DNA of 64,000 nucleotides from Chlorokybus atmophyticus. Its lineage: Eukaryota; Plantae; Mesostigma and Chlorokybus algae. The stretch covers positions 4,864-68,863 of the forward strand of contig RHPI01001567.1 in NCBI GenBank assembly GCA_009103225.1. Reading direction: 5' to 3'. This document shows positions 1-13,465 of this stretch, piece by piece. Both the position numbers and the translations under genes were made by a program. Under the pieces are notes generated by a model. The model had not been told where the DNA came from, searched no databases, and saw only the letters and a program-made list of their open reading frames with translations. How positions within the stretch are numbered: the first letter of the stretch is position 1; every line of letters starts with the position of its first letter.

Positions 1-2816
1 TGGTGCTGAGGGTCTACACCCATCCTCCATCTCGCTTCGTCCAGAGCAAGGCGCAGATTGTCGCTGTTGTCCGGGTTGTAAGAAGAGGCAGGTACATCAC
101 TTTGCTAGGTCCAGCATCCAACACTGGCTGTGTATGCAGCCACGACTCCTTAAGGGTGCCGGCAGAGTATGGGTGTTCTGGGTTGAACACACGCTTCATA
201 ATGGTGTTGTGCATGGTTGTTTGAAACTGCAGCACTGCACCCTTCTCCTCCCACGACAGGCTGACGATGCCGTGCACCGCAGGTGGCGCGACATGGTCAG
301 TACGTGCATCAGGCGCTCTCACATATGTTCGAGGCACAGGTGCTGGAATGCCGGCTTCAGCTAAAGTGCGGTGGCGGGTTACCTGCGTGACCCAGCACCA
401 ACACAGTTAGACACCACATTACTTGCAATGCCACGACCAATGTAGTCATGCATTACATAGTGCACGTACCGGGACATCCTGCTGCATGGGCGCGCATGCG
501 TCTAAGTCCTTGGGCACAGGTATGATGGCCATGGTCGTTGTGCAATGCAGATCCGTGGTGGCTTTGCCTTCATACGGACCCATAAAGTGGCTCTTCATGT
601 CCCAATTGTCCATAGTCAGCACCACAAACTCCCCTTGATCCATGTTGACTAGAGCTGGCCTGCTAATCGTGGCTCGAGCCCTTGCGTTAATGTGTCTGTC
701 GAGAGTTCCACGGCTAGTACACGAGCACACTCTGTTAAACATCTGCAACAGGACGTCACTGCTGGAGTAGGCGTCCAATGCCTCTGCTAAGGCAACATGA
801 ATCTTCAAGTACGCTTTGGGGTTCCTTGCATACAATGCCATCGCAAAGATGAAGTCAGTCTTGAGTACCTTGCGCGCCTTGTAAGCCGGTGTTGCCACAA
901 GGTCCACGGCCAACAAGTCGATGTCTTCGCTACAGGTGAGTGCCCGAAACAGTGCCACCAGCTCCTCACTTGCTTCTCCCATATCTCCTTGTGCCTCCAT
1001 GAATCTCAGGTCTGGGCATGTCACGGCGTTGATAGCTACACGACGTTGCGCTTCAGCGTCCATCAGTTTGCTGATGTAGCGCAGGGTCTCGGAGCACAAA
1101 GGCGAGGTGTTCGCCTTATCGGCCATGGCAGACGCCCTCAGCACTTGCTGCAATGGGTCTATCCATGCTGGAATCACCACCCTACCATCCACACGGTTGC
1201 ATGCCACCTGGAGTGTCACAGCTTCCTTGAAACACTTGATTGCCGCATTGTACAGCTGGCGCACATCTCTGACTCCATGCTGTTTGCAGATCACGTTGAG
1301 GTTGACCACACAGTTGGGAGACATCAACTGCTTGGCTATCGCCACCGACGCTTTGTCACAGGTCGAGACCCTGCGCTGGCTGCCACTCTTCTGAGGTGAT
1401 CCTCGTGCTGCCCCCGTTGCGCTTGTTGCTCTGCCGAGTTGCTGCTGGTTGTGTGCTTGCGCAATGCTTCAGCCTGCTGCTCAAGATGATGCGCCTGTTG
1501 TGCAAGGCACTCTTCCAGCTCCTCGATATCAGATTCCAGGCAGCTGCACCGCTGCCCCCACTCCAAAAGTTCAGTGTCCTTCCACCTGTGCTGCTCATCC
1601 AGATCGTTGCACTGCTGCGTCAACTGCGCGTTGGCTGACAATTCGGCGTCTAGCAGTCGCATTGAGACCTCCCTCGCCCTTGTGCGGGTGGCCAACTCGT
1701 CCTCCAAGGCACACTTCCTGCTCTCCAGATCAGTGCAGGTCTGCCATAGCACATTTGCCCTCCGCCAGTTCCACCTCCACCCCTTGCGCATGCACTTGCA
1801 GTTGACGCGTTGCCTCGTGTGACTGCAGCAGCAGTTGTCTCTTAGCCTCCAGCTCCGTAACTGCTGTACGAAGGTCCTGCTGCGCTGTTAATAGCAACTG
1901 ACCAAAGTCTTCACGCTGCACGCGGAGTCTTTCTCCACCAGCGGCCACCCCCCTGGAAAGAGCTACCAGCGCCTGCTCTCTCGCCACTGACGCACGCTGC
2001 ATGTCTGCCGTATGCCTCACCAGCAACTCACTTGTGGCCGCATCAGATGACTGCACTCGTGACTCTAATGCGCTGACTCTCTCTTGACTGATATTGAGCA
2101 GCTGCCGCTGCTCATCGACCAGCTCGCCAAGTTGCTCTGCTCCGCTCTCAGCCTCCCTCAACAGGGCGGTAACCCTATCTACCTATGACTGTGCGTGCGC
2201 TGTGGCGTCTTGAGTTTCTAGCAGGCTATCCCAGAGATCTGCTTGGTGTTCAGCGCTGTCGCCTTCAGTGGTGCGCAGGCGCGCCTTTAAAGCTTCAGCA
2301 CGTGCTCGCAATTGCTGCGCTTCCTCAGCTACTACCATATACTGCACGTCCACCACGGTACGCAGGCGCTGCGCTTCAGAGGCACGAGCATCGCACCTCT
2401 CCCACAAGGACTCCAGCTCCAACACACGCTCTTGCAATGCCGAAACGCTGCGCCTCTCTGACACCAAACTCCCTTGCAGGCTGCAACATGCGTGGGTCAA
2501 TTTCTCCACCTGTTGGCGCATCGTGACAATGCTCCCCTCAGCCGCATCTATGCCGATCGGCACAGCCTTGCGCTGTGCATGCAGATCCCGGGAACGAGCC
2601 TCCAGTCGCTGAATATGACCTGCTCGCTTATCACGCTCCTCAGGCCTCGCTGCAAACAACACCCTCAGCTCCTCCTCGGTTGTGTCAGCCCGACCACACT
2701 GTTGACTGACCGACGCCACCGCCAGCAGCAGCTGCTCTTGCAGCTCAGCAACCAGTGCCATTTGCGTCGCTAAGTCAGCTTGAATCTTGCACAAAGAACA
2801 TTGGTCTTTGCATTCC
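1..2816 (-). pseudogene. Degenerate large transposase-like gene (coiled coil followed by Academ/DUF6589-like catalytic region); continues off the left edge
   Basis: ORFs 2183..3013, 1730..2161, 1336..1791, 446..1345 and 14..337 join via one in-frame TAG (2183-2185) and frameshifts. The core has FNRVCSCTS, VLTMDNWD..LHCTTTMAI and KVMYLPLL(D)NPDNSD. From recall, this motif order resembles Academ/DUF6589-type DDE transposases. Confidence 0.5.
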
Positions 2817-3185
2817 TGTGCATGAGCATATGTAGCATAGCTTATGGTATAGTACAGTACACCCCAGCACATGCACAGTACACTCAAGCACACGCACAGC
2901 ACAACACAATACTGGACAGTACACTCAGGATTCCCGCACATCTGAGTACCCAATGCTGTTTCGAACTTATGCACACTGGCAACCAACCTGAGACAATGCA
3001 GCTTTGCACACACCTCCGCACGACCTACGTCCTAGATTACGCCCTACAGCACACAGGACACACCTCATTAGATAATGCGTACATGCATCAAGCAGTCCTG
3101 CAATGGCCACCCTGTTGCATTGCCAATGATCTCTCGATTAAGCCAAAGTCAGCATGCAAACGGGCTACTCTGACTCTGTTCGCTC

Positions 3186-4205
3186 TTACATAACCGCATG
3201 AACTATCCAAAGTTGAGGGACGCACCCCCCACCGATGCAGATGGGTAAGTCTTCCTGGCTGTCCCCATCGTACCCGCCGGCGTTCTCAAGTCGGACGCGA
3301 CATGTTGATGTTGGGCTGTCGAGGTGGCTGCAGCCCAACATTGGAAGTGCGTCTCGTCGGCCGCAACATGTTGCCGTCATGGTCTACATAGCACTGGTTC
3401 TGCTGATAAAAGACAGGGGCCTGGCGTACATGCGTCTGACCACACGCCAACGCAGTTAGGCACGCACAACTACTCCTTTGACTCTACCAGCAATTACCAT
3501 GCGTTGGGTCAAGAGTCAAGTTTAAATCACCAACTATGAGCCAAATCCCTGACCTGTGGGCCTCGAGCAGCATGCATTTGGGCGGCAGAGTCGGCCATCA
3601 CCGACTGCGATAGCTGGCTGGGATGCAATGGCAGGAGCGCAGGAGGGCTCAGTAGCGCAGCCGCCGACACAGAGACCTCCAACTTGGCAGGATGCAGTCC
3701 CTGACCACCACATCACGCTATCAGCGTTTATTCAATGGCCAGTCACTTATGCACACAGCCCCACAACGTCTGAACCATACATTGACGCATGGATGCTACC
3801 AATCAGACTGCTCACCGGCAGCATACGGAGACCCTCCGGCGCCACCTCCCAGCACCTGCCGCTGGTGACAGCCAGAGTGTACACTCTGGCTGCACCCAGC
3901 ACCTCCTCAATCTTGAGGTCACGGCGCAATATCTCGATTTGGGCCTTTTTATTCTCACGCGCAGACTTCGCTGACTTCTTCTTCCCCTCGGCCCTTTCGC
4001 CTTCCACCCTTTCACCAGGCTCCTTGCGCTTGCGAGCAGTCCCCCCTGGAGGCGACGAGGTATGCTCTTGCTCCCGCTCATCACCTCCACCCACTGCATC
4101 ACCATCGCCCCTTTGCCTGTGCAGGTCGTCATGCTGAGTGCCATCAGGTGACACACAACCACCCACTTCTGGGCGGTTGGACCAAATACTAGGCGTTGTG
4201 GACAT
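3186..4205 (-). other. Possible upstream exons of the gene to the left (Lys/Glu-rich segment and small Cys/His-rich segment)
   Basis: Same-strand ORFs 3747..4205 and 3186..3380 have protein-like composition; splicing was not resolved. Confidence 0.25.
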
Positions 4206-5349
4206 GTCTCTAGACCCACAACCCAGAACCCGCCGCCGCCACCGCCGCCTCCGCCACCGCCCCCATGAACAACACTCAATTCAACATGGAGAGCAACTGA
4301 AACGTTTCAAACGATTTGAATCTGGCGCTTAGTTCACAACGGTCCCCGTGGACACTAACCGACTCATCGCGACATAGTATGCTAACCGAGCGCGGCGAAA
4401 CGCGGAATGTCACCGCACGTCGCACTCCCAAAGTGCCAGCGGCACGGAATGTCAGCGCAGACCGACCCCGAAGAGCTCCGACACGCAATGCGACCGGCCG
4501 CGTCGCAGCAATATGGTATAACGAGCGCAGAACCGGCACATCCCAGCGGACAAGACAAGCCACAGCCACCGCGACCCAGCTCGACAAACGCTGACACACA
4601 GCGAGTTGCTGGGGAACGTGCAGGCCCATTTTGCTTATTGAGAACCCTTCGGGCGATCCATCTGTGCAAGGTCCACCAATTTCATTTAGCAGGGGAAAAT
4701 CCCGGTCTGAGGGTACGGACCATTCATGGTCTAAAGACGTCAGGCGGTGTGCATGCTGCCGGCTGATCTCGCCATCCAGCTGGTCGTGTGTGGCCTCAGC
4801 TTCATGGGCAGGCTGTGGGTTGTCAACATCGTGCTGCACATCAGCCGCCTGCTCCGGCAAGGGTAGGAAATTCTGTTGGCTGCGACGGCGGTGCCTACAA
4901 CTGGTTTCTCTTATCAGCTGGTTGCAAGTTGATTCCCAGCTTAGTATTAATGTCCTTGGCAAACTTAACATCTGTCTTGCTTGCCGTTGATATTGCGCCA
5001 GCATTCTGCCACCAAGTACACCGCTAAGAGGCCGCCGCCAACAGGAGCGCCCCCCCCTGCTCCCTCCGCCGGTGCCACCTCATTGAGCGATAAAACCCTA
5101 CTGCACAGACCACGATATTCTGAGCCCATGCACGCAAGTTGACAATCGCACCATGCAAGCTGCTCGACTTTATGGAGTAACTGCACACCGCTCGATATGC
5201 TTGGATCAACGGTTACAAGAGGCTGCCATGAAGACTACAATCGGCGCCTCACCTCGAAGCTGAACATAACCCATTGTACTAGCCGATTGTTCGCCATGTC
5301 ATAGTTCAGATTATTCTTAGCTTACCCTTGATAGTCGCACCATGCATGG

Positions 5350-6120
5350 AGCTGAGCGTGCACCAGCGATTGTCCTAATCACTGTACTACAGACCAACTT
5401 AGAACCTTGCATGGTCCGTACTCTCCCCGACCTTTGGACCAGGAAAAGCTTGGTTAAGTCAAGGACCATATATGGTCCGCAATCATACAACAATGAAGAC
5501 CAACATCTGCTTGCTTAGATTAAGGACCATGAATCGTCCGTACTTTTCCAGACCTTCGGACCAAGAAGCGCTTGGTTAAGTCAAAGATCATGTATGGACC
5601 GCAATTATACGACAATGTGGACCAATAGCTGCTTGATTGGATTAAGGACCGTGAATGGTCCGCGATTTGTTAGCATTTGGACCAGTAAGAGCTTCAAAGG
5701 TGGTAGACCGTGTATGGTGCATGCTGCTTGTCCAAAATGACCGATAAGCTGAGCGTGCACCAGCAACGGTCCGCTCAATCAGTGTGCTTCGGACCAGTCA
5801 CATCGATTTCATTTATCGCAATATATATTGTCCGGCATTGTTGTGGTCCAGACCACGCATGGTCTGTACACCCATTGATAGTCGGACCGGCAATATGCCT
5901 GGTCTGGCTGCAGACCATGTATGGTCCGATCTTTCGCGGCCTGTAGCACCGATAATATGTCTGGTCCAGCCACGCACATCTGGTGCGTGACTGCGCACCA
6001 GGATTTGAGACCCCGAACGGACCATGCACGGTCTGTCCCCCGCGAACCAGGCAGTCCTGGCCCGCGGGGTACGGACCGTGCATGGTCATGGGGGTCCGTG
6101 AAAGGACCATACCTGGTACT
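5350..6120. repeat. Degenerate ~122-bp tandem array rich in GGACC/GGTCC half-sites; likely transposon subterminal repeats
   Basis: ttggttaagtcaa at 5450 and 5572, and gattaaggacc at ~5518 and ~5640 (period 122). An 18-bp direct repeat agctgagcgtgcaccagc sits at 5350 and 5747. CACTG begins at 5380, upstream of the CACTA transposase. Confidence 0.7.
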
Positions 6121-6391
6121 TGACCGTCAATCCATGTAATGAGTAGTAATTTGGCTGATTGACCTTACTTGCTTCTCTGCAATGGTCACGCGGTCTTCAA
6201 TGCATGCCACCTGCTATCGCTGCTGTGAATGCCTTCACCAGTAATATGTTTTGTATATGCTAAGAGACTGTCAACAAGCTGCGTGCACTAGCTGCCTTGC
6301 TGTGTATTGCTGTTTGTTGATGGTGCCAGTGCATATGGTCTAACTGCGGAACTTCAGTAGGCCTCCCGCAAATTAACAGCCAACCGTCCAT

Positions 6392-7958
6392 GTGGACGGT
6401 ATCACTACCAATGGAATGGCAGCCAGATTTCACCCAAGGCAACAGTCAGGTGGACAACCGAATGTCGTTGTTGCCAGCGCCAACATTGCCGCGACAGCTC
6501 CACTGCAATTCCATAGACAGCCGACTGTCAACATGGCTGGCACCGGCAGTGCGAGAAAAACTCCACTCAACGTCAGTCTGATCCACAGCGGACTGTCAGT
6601 ATGGCTGGCACCGGCGGCGCTGCCCCCTCTCAGCAACCATGGCAACAACCAGACCTGCAAGAGCTTATTAACATGCTTACTGACGGCTTGCATGCACTGA
6701 CAAGTGATGAAGAGGATGTTGAAGAACCCGAGCAGCAAGAAATCTCTTAGAAGATTTGCTCTTGCCTGAGGTGCCATGGCAAGGTGTGCACTAATCATGT
6801 TGCTCATGCTCACTCAATATAGTGTGCACGGTTGTTGGACATGCACTGAGGCTGTCCATGCAACTATCATGTCCGCCCACTGCTATGCGCACAACGTTGT
6901 GAACCATACTTCGGTCGACATCCCATTTCTTTTTGCAGTTGATTGACTTGGAGACTGCCATGGCCCACATGCGACTAGACACGGCGGTGCAAGAAAGTAT
7001 GCACCCACCGCCAATGCCTTCAGCACAATGCGCTACCCCTCAGCCAGGCATTTCTTGCCAACAACAAACCTCAAAGACACCTACGTAAAAGATGCTGGAT
7101 AAGTTTATGGCACTGCTGACAGACTAAGAGGACTCTCATGCCCAGCAATCACTGATGTGTGTGAAATATGGTAGATGTTTTTCGGCGCTGAGGAAACAAT
7201 CAATCAGCTTGCCAAGCATTTTGCTTATGACCACAGTCAGCTGCGAAATGACCTCCTCCACGCCTTGCTCGGCCAGCGCAACCCCTCCCAGTCGGCTTAC
7301 ATCACGGCAGTCAGTGCATTGCCGACTTCCATCGGAATGGCAGAGACACAAAAATACACAGCATGCACGCGATGTAATTATCTCTTTTCAGATGCTTACC
7401 CATCCGCAGTCAATGACAGAGAGGACATCTACGAGGCAGATGACAATCGCCACAAGCGTGTGAAGCGCTTGTGGAAACAGCCGTGCGGAGGCCAATGCGG
7501 GTGCACGCGCAAGGAGTGCATTAACTTTCTGTACACACCCATTGGTCCAAGGCTCGGTCCGTGGCTGCAAGTACCTTCCATCGCATATGACAACCTTGCT
7601 GCTTGGCGAGGCAAAAACACCTGGCTCGACGTGCCAGCTAACCAGCCCTCAGTGCCTCAATGGGAAGATTGGCATGGCAGCAAGTGGAGAGAGCTGTCTT
7701 CTTTCTAGGGCTGCACAAAGACTGCACAAAGACCATTCCTCTGCTAAACAAATGCGATTGTGGACACTACAATTATAATATTGACATGTCCCAGCACAGG
7801 GAAGGTTATCAGAAATGGCATTGCGAATGCTCTTATGACAATGAAGAGGCTGCGCAGCAGTGTACTGCGGACCCGCGCAACGTTGCGCTTATGCTGCACA
7901 GTGATGGTTTCAGCTGCGCATCCACTACAAAACGGAGCAGCCTTGTCATCAACGTTGT
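6392..7958 (+). pseudogene. CACTA/EnSpm-type transposase, 5' part (interrupted by LTR retrotransposon)
   Basis: FLYTPIGPRL..W..DWHGSKW, then DPRNVALMLHSDGF, matching the Transposase_21-type PRNVxLxLxxDGF motif. A stop at 7706-7708 and frameshifts upstream disable it. Confidence 0.85.
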
Positions 7959-8643
7959 TGTAACGATGCTCGTGCTCACATACACAGCACACAAGTCATA
8001 CAACACATGTGTGCACACTGAGCACAGTCTTCACACCGGAACCTTGCCTTCCCTCGCGCATACGCATGCGTTAAGCGCGCACACGCACACGAACACTACT
8101 ACTTCTCACACCAAGCAAGAACGCAGCAGTGTGCCTTGAATCATGCCTCTCTCAATCATACACCAGTATACTCACAGCAGAGAGCAGAAAGCAAAGCAAA
8201 GTTGGTTGTATTATACAGGGTTTTCCTATTTATACCAGCACCAAAACTAAGCAGGTTTATAACCAGGCATTTTGTTACCAAATTTAAAGGACTGTATAAG
8301 TGCAGGCTGCTGCCCCTCGCGTTGGGTACCTTTCAGGCGGCAGCTGACTGTGCACTCCGCGTCGTAAGGTACTGCACAGCAGGTAGCTGACTGCGAAGTC
8401 CACGTCACCTAGCACAGTCTAGTCAGGTGTGACGTCACATGCCGCAGCAGTCACGTCGCTATTGGCTCGGCGGCAAGCACGTTGCAGGTTGGCAGCTGCT
8501 GGCGAAGGCGAAGTCGCGCGCTGCAGTAGAGCCGGCGCCAGAAGGGCCCAATAAAGCCTTACAAAACCCTTTATTAAGCCAGAACAGGGTAAAACACATA
8601 TTATACATGCACTAAAATATGGAAAAGGGTCCAGGCTGTTACA
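7959..8643 (-). repeat. 3' LTR (685 bp)
   Basis: Aligns by eye to 13466..14142 with about 20 substitutions and two indels (5 and 3 bp). Minus-strand TATAAATAG at 8226-8234. Confidence 0.97.
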
Positions 8644-8656
8644 CCCCTTCCACCCT
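8644..8656 (-). promoter_or_regulatory. Polypurine tract
   Basis: AGGGTGGAAGGGG on the minus strand, abutting the 3' LTR. Confidence 0.85.
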
Positions 8657-8699
8657 GGGGAAGTTTCGCCCTTGAAGCAGACGCGTGCCTCCCTTGGCC

Positions 8700-11400
8700 T
8701 TGTACTCCTGCAAAATCTGTTCGGCGTTGGTGAAACTCTCCTCGGGTTCGTACGTTGCCTCGTGCATGGGATAGCCGCGCCACTCTACCAAATACTTGCG
8801 CACACCTCCCACTCAGCTTGGCCCTCACGAACCAAAACCGGAGGCGGGCGAGGTGGCGGCTCCCCCTTGTAAGCTTTAAGGAGCGAGACATGAAACACGG
8901 GGTGCACGTGCATGGTATCGGGCAGCTCTAGCTTGTACGCTACCTCTGAGATGACCTTAATTACATTGAAAGGCCCCAACCATCGCTCAATCAGCTTGCG
9001 CACACCTGTGACCAGCTGCACATGCTTCATAGAGAGCATCACACGATCACCCTCCGAAAAGATAACATGCTTGCGATGCGCATCGGCGTTGCTTTTGCCT
9101 GTTTTGTGCCATAATTAGAGCCTCACGAGCTGCCTTGGTAATGTCTGCACACCTCACTAGAAAGCCATCCACGGCCTCCACGTTGGAGCTTTGCATGCTA
9201 GGCACCCACGCCGTCAATGGCGTCAAAGGATGTTGCCCGTAGTTCATGAGGAAAGGTGTCACGCCCGTGCTTGCACTTTTGTTGTTGTTGATGGTGAACT
9301 CGGTCAGCTCCAGCATGTCTCCCCAATTATCTTTACGGCTGTTCACATAGCACCGTAACATGCCCTCGATTACGCGGTTGGCGCGCTCAGTTTGGCCGTC
9401 CATTTCGGGGTGGTACGCGGTGCTGAACTTCAAGCTCGTGCTTGGAGCTGAGTGGAGAGCTGTCCAAAAGTTGCCAGTAAACCGCGGGTCTCTGTCACTT
9501 ACAATACTCCTTGGAAGGCTATGAGACCGCACCTTATGATGGATGAACAACTTGGCAGCCTCAGGAGCCGTGCAAGTCTCCGTACATGGCGCCAATCGCA
9601 CCATTTTGCTGGTCTTGTCCACAAACACCAAGATAGCATCATTCCCTTCGCGTGTTCGTGGCAGCCCCGTAATGAAGTCGAGAGTAACTCGCTCCCACTT
9701 CGTCAAAGGTATCGGCAATGGTTGGAGCAGCCCGCTGGTGCGTTGATTGCTCGCCTTCACCCTTTGACAAGTGTCGCACAATGCCACATAGTCTTTAACA
9801 TCACGATGCATCTCCGACCAGAAAAATCTCTGTTTCAACAAGGCCAACGTCCATACCAGCCCTTGATGACCAGCCATTGGCACGTCATGCGCTTCTCGCA
9901 TCAATGCTACGCGCATATGCGCAATGTTGGGTATGTACATGCGATCGGCATGCCATAGCAGCCCCTCCTTCAATGCCCAGAGGCCACTATGCTCAGACCC
10001 ATTCTCCAGCGCCTTGATAGTCTTGTCACCTACCGCGTCCTCGTGCAACAAGGCTCGGATCTGATCCAACCACGCGGGCTGCACTTGCACCACCGTTTCG
10101 AGCGCATTGAGTTGGCGACTCAACGCGTCCGCCACCTTTTTTGAAGAGCCGAGCTTGTACTTCACTTCAAAGTCAAGAAGTTGGAAGAACTCAAGCCAAC
10201 GAGCTTGCCGACGCGAGAGATGAGGCTGGGTTTGAAGGTACCTCAATGGCGAGTGGTCCGTTTCAAGTTTAAAGCGCTTGCCTTCAAGGAAACAACGCCA
10301 TTGCCGTAGTGCTGGCACCTGCGCCAACAATTCCTTCTCATGAACGGGGTAATTGAGCTCAGATCCGCTCATCTTGCTGAAATAGGCCACCGATTGCAAG
10401 CCGTTGCCGTAATCTTGCTGCAAAACTGCCTCAATGGCCTTGTCGGACGCATCGCACGCCACCACGAAGGGCAATTGCATGTTGGGATGCAGCAGCACGG
10501 GAGCCGTTGTTAGGGCCGCTTTCAAGTCAAAAAATGCCTTTGTTGCAACCTCCAACCAGCTCCAAGACACCCCCTTTCTTAGCAACGCCGTCAATGGTGC
10601 CACCAAGTGCGAGAAGCCCTTCGCAAACTTGCGATAGTAGCCGGCAAGCCCTAGGAACGACATGATTCCCTTCACGTCCTTCGGAGTAGCCCAATTGCGC
10701 ATCGCGGCAATTTTGTTCGGGTCCGCCTTAATTCCTTGCTTGGATGCAATGTGGCCAAGGTACTTTACCTCCTCAAGCAAGAAGCGGCACTTGTTGAGCT
10801 GAGCAAACAACTTGTGTAGACGTAAACGCTGCATCACCTTGCGTAGCAACACTATGTGCTCCCTCTTGCTCTTCGTATACACAAGGATGTCGTCGAGGTA
10901 CACTAGCACACCCTTGCCGATCAGATCAACAAAGACTCGTTCATCAAGGTTTGAAAGGTTGCCGGAGCGTTTGTCATGCCAAAGGACATCACCAACCACT
11001 GGTAGTGGCCGTAGCGAGTGTTGAAAGCCGTTTTCTCAACGTCTTCAGGTGCAACACGGATCTGGTGGTAGCCACCAGCTAGGTCCAAGCTTGAAAAGAA
11101 CTCGGCACCCTCAAGCTGCTCCAACAACTCATCAATGCGTGGCAAAGGGAACACACATTCTTCTTGGTGATGTTGTTGAGTGGCCGATAGTCGATGCACA
11201 TACGCAAGGCTCCGCTCTTCTTATGTACAAATAGGTTAGGTGCACGGTAAGGAGACTTGCTGTGCCAGATGTACCCACGTTGTAGAAGGTCCTTGACCTG
11301 GTTCCTCGCCTCTTCGAGCTCAGCCGGAGATAATTTGTACACCGGTCTATACGGCGGCTTGTGCACGCCCTCTATCAGTCTCCACACGGTGATCAACACT
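8700..11400 (-). pseudogene. pol: pol: reverse transcriptase, RNase H, integrase and chromodomain
   Basis: [31 protein letters not shown], integrase H..H/C..C and LDFITGLP..SDRDPRF..GQTERAN, GPF..YKLELP..HPVFHVSLL, then RKYLVEWRGYP..ATYEPE. Frameshifts near 11160, 10950, 9050 and 8800. Confidence 0.95.
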
Positions 11401-12315
11401 TCGCGTGGGTGGTAGAACAGCTGGTAGCCCATCCACCATGACGTCTTTGAACTCCTTAAGCAACTTCTGCACCTCGGGGTCCTCCGAACTCTCCGAAACA
11501 GTGCTGACCAGCTCCAAGTCCGACTTGGGAGGTGTCTCACGCACCATGCACAGCCATGCATCCTTCACATCGTTCTCGGACCAGATCTGCTCCATCTCGT
11601 TCTTAAAAACTCGTGACACCAGCTCCGGAACCTCTCCCCTTGAGCTAGAAGCATGTTGTGATGCAGCTTGCTGGCGCGCCTTTGTGTCGTGCGCGTCACG
11701 CGTATGCAGCACATTGCTAGCAGCCTCGACGCAGCTGACACGCTCTTGAACCACACACTTGCCTTGCATTGAAGCATTGAAGCACACTGAAACCTCACCA
11801 CCGGCTTCCGGGGCATCGAGCACGCGCTTCCTCCAATCAACGGCGGTATTATGTGTCCAAAGCCAAGGCAGCCCCAAAATGCCATCAAAGCCATTGTTCG
11901 GCTCGATGCAGCAAAAGCGTAGGCGATCCTTCATCATCCCCACGTGCATGTTAAGCTCTTTGCTTTGCTTAGAAGCTCCTCCTACTGGCGCATAGCCGTC
12001 CGCTAGAGCCACCGAGCCAGCATTTACCCATAACAGCCACTTGTGCCGACGCGCAACCTCACGACTCATAAAGTTGCTGTTCGCGCCGCAATCCACTAGC
12101 ATCTTACACTCCATCCAAGGCCCATTGCCCTCCCGGATCAGAGCCATGATTCCAAACAGCTGCTTCGCCTTGTCGGGCACACGAACCATACCGCTTTGCG
12201 TTGCCGTTGCGCACATGCCGCCAACCGTCAACAATGCTTCCACGCCGCCAACCGTCAACAATGCTTCCACGCCAGCCGCTGGACCTTCAACATCATAGTA
12301 AGGCTGCATCACCAC
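11347..12315 (-). pseudogene. Aspartic protease region of the retrotransposon
   Basis: MLVDCGANSNFMS active-site-like motif and DGILGLPWL flap motif. Confidence 0.85.
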
Positions 12316-12512
12316 CCCAGCAGAAGCCTCTTCAGCTACTGAGGTTAGCCGTTTCCCGGCTGTAACATACCCTCCTCCACCATATTCACGCGTCCACCGC
12401 CGCGAGCGTTGCGGGCATGTGCAGCAGACTTTGCTTTGAAGATGGGGCAGCTAGAGCACACATGATCAGCGGAAGAGCACTCCCAACACTTCCGAACTGC
12501 CTTGGAATCTTC

Positions 12513-13385
12513 TCAACCCCTTGTCCCCTTCTTGGAGACATGGAGAGCACCCAACTCCATTAAAATTGGCCCCGAGCCAGCCCCATGAGCTGCTACAGCT
12601 CCCGAACCAGCCCCAACAAATGCGTACGAGCGATACAAACCTCCACGAGACTGATTGAAGTGTCCACGATCAGCGTATTTGGCAGTCCCCTTGAAGTACA
12701 ACACGTCCGTACGCTCGGCAATGCGAATGGCCTCCGCGAGAGTCTTCGCGTCACGAAGCTCAACTTCCTTGCGACAAAGAGTCTTCAACCCGCGCGTGTA
12801 GCGGTCTAGCTGCTCCTCAGTTAAGTTGGGTACGGAGAGCACAAGACGCTGAAATGCAGAGGTATAGGCCATCACGGACTGCGATTGCACAAGCGTAGAG
12901 AGCTGGTCGCGTGCCGTCTTCACACTCTCCACTGGTACGAATTGTTTCTTCACCACAGCAGCCAACTCAGCCACGGTAGTGAAAGGAACCTCAAGACCAG
13001 CTTCCACACGAGCACAACGATGATGCCATCACACAAGTGCAGCTCCCTGAAAGAAAGTAGCAGCCACATCGACATGGAGATGTATGGGGACCTCGGTGAG
13101 CTTCAACCATGTCGAAACAGCAAAGACCCACTCCTCGACACAGTCACCGTCCCTTTTACCCTTGAATGACTTTGGTTTTGGTAGCTTCACATGACGAGAG
13201 GCTGATGGAGCAACCACAGGAGCTGTAACGGACACGGACGCGCGAGCTTGCGCCATGGCTTGTTGAAATTGTGCCGCTTGAGCTTGGGCAGATGCTTGGA
13301 CACAGTGCAGCACCTTATGAACAACCACCAGCACTTGCTGAAACTCCGCAACACGTGCATCATCCATGGTAGCGTCCATAAACAA
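12513..13385 (-). pseudogene. gag: gag (Retrotrans_gag-like), split across two ORFs
   Basis: KLPKPKSFKGKRDG..VEEW, FQGAAL, L.Q..SV.AY..AF..L, EQLDRYTRGLK. Confidence 0.9.
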
Positions 13386-13450
13386 AAAATTACCTCACAC
13401 ACCAAAGACATAGTCAATATCCCCTTAAACAAGAAAGCCAACCGCTCAAA

Positions 13451-13464
13451 GGGCTCCGATACCA
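13451..13464 (-). promoter_or_regulatory. Primer-binding site, initiator tRNA-Met type
   Basis: TGGTATCGGAGCCC one base after the 5' LTR; one mismatch from the canonical TGGTATCAGAGC. Confidence 0.85.
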
Positions 13465-13465
13465 C

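Noticed and set aside
13451-13464. tRNA gene
   Set aside because: It is only the primer-binding complement, with no cloverleaf.
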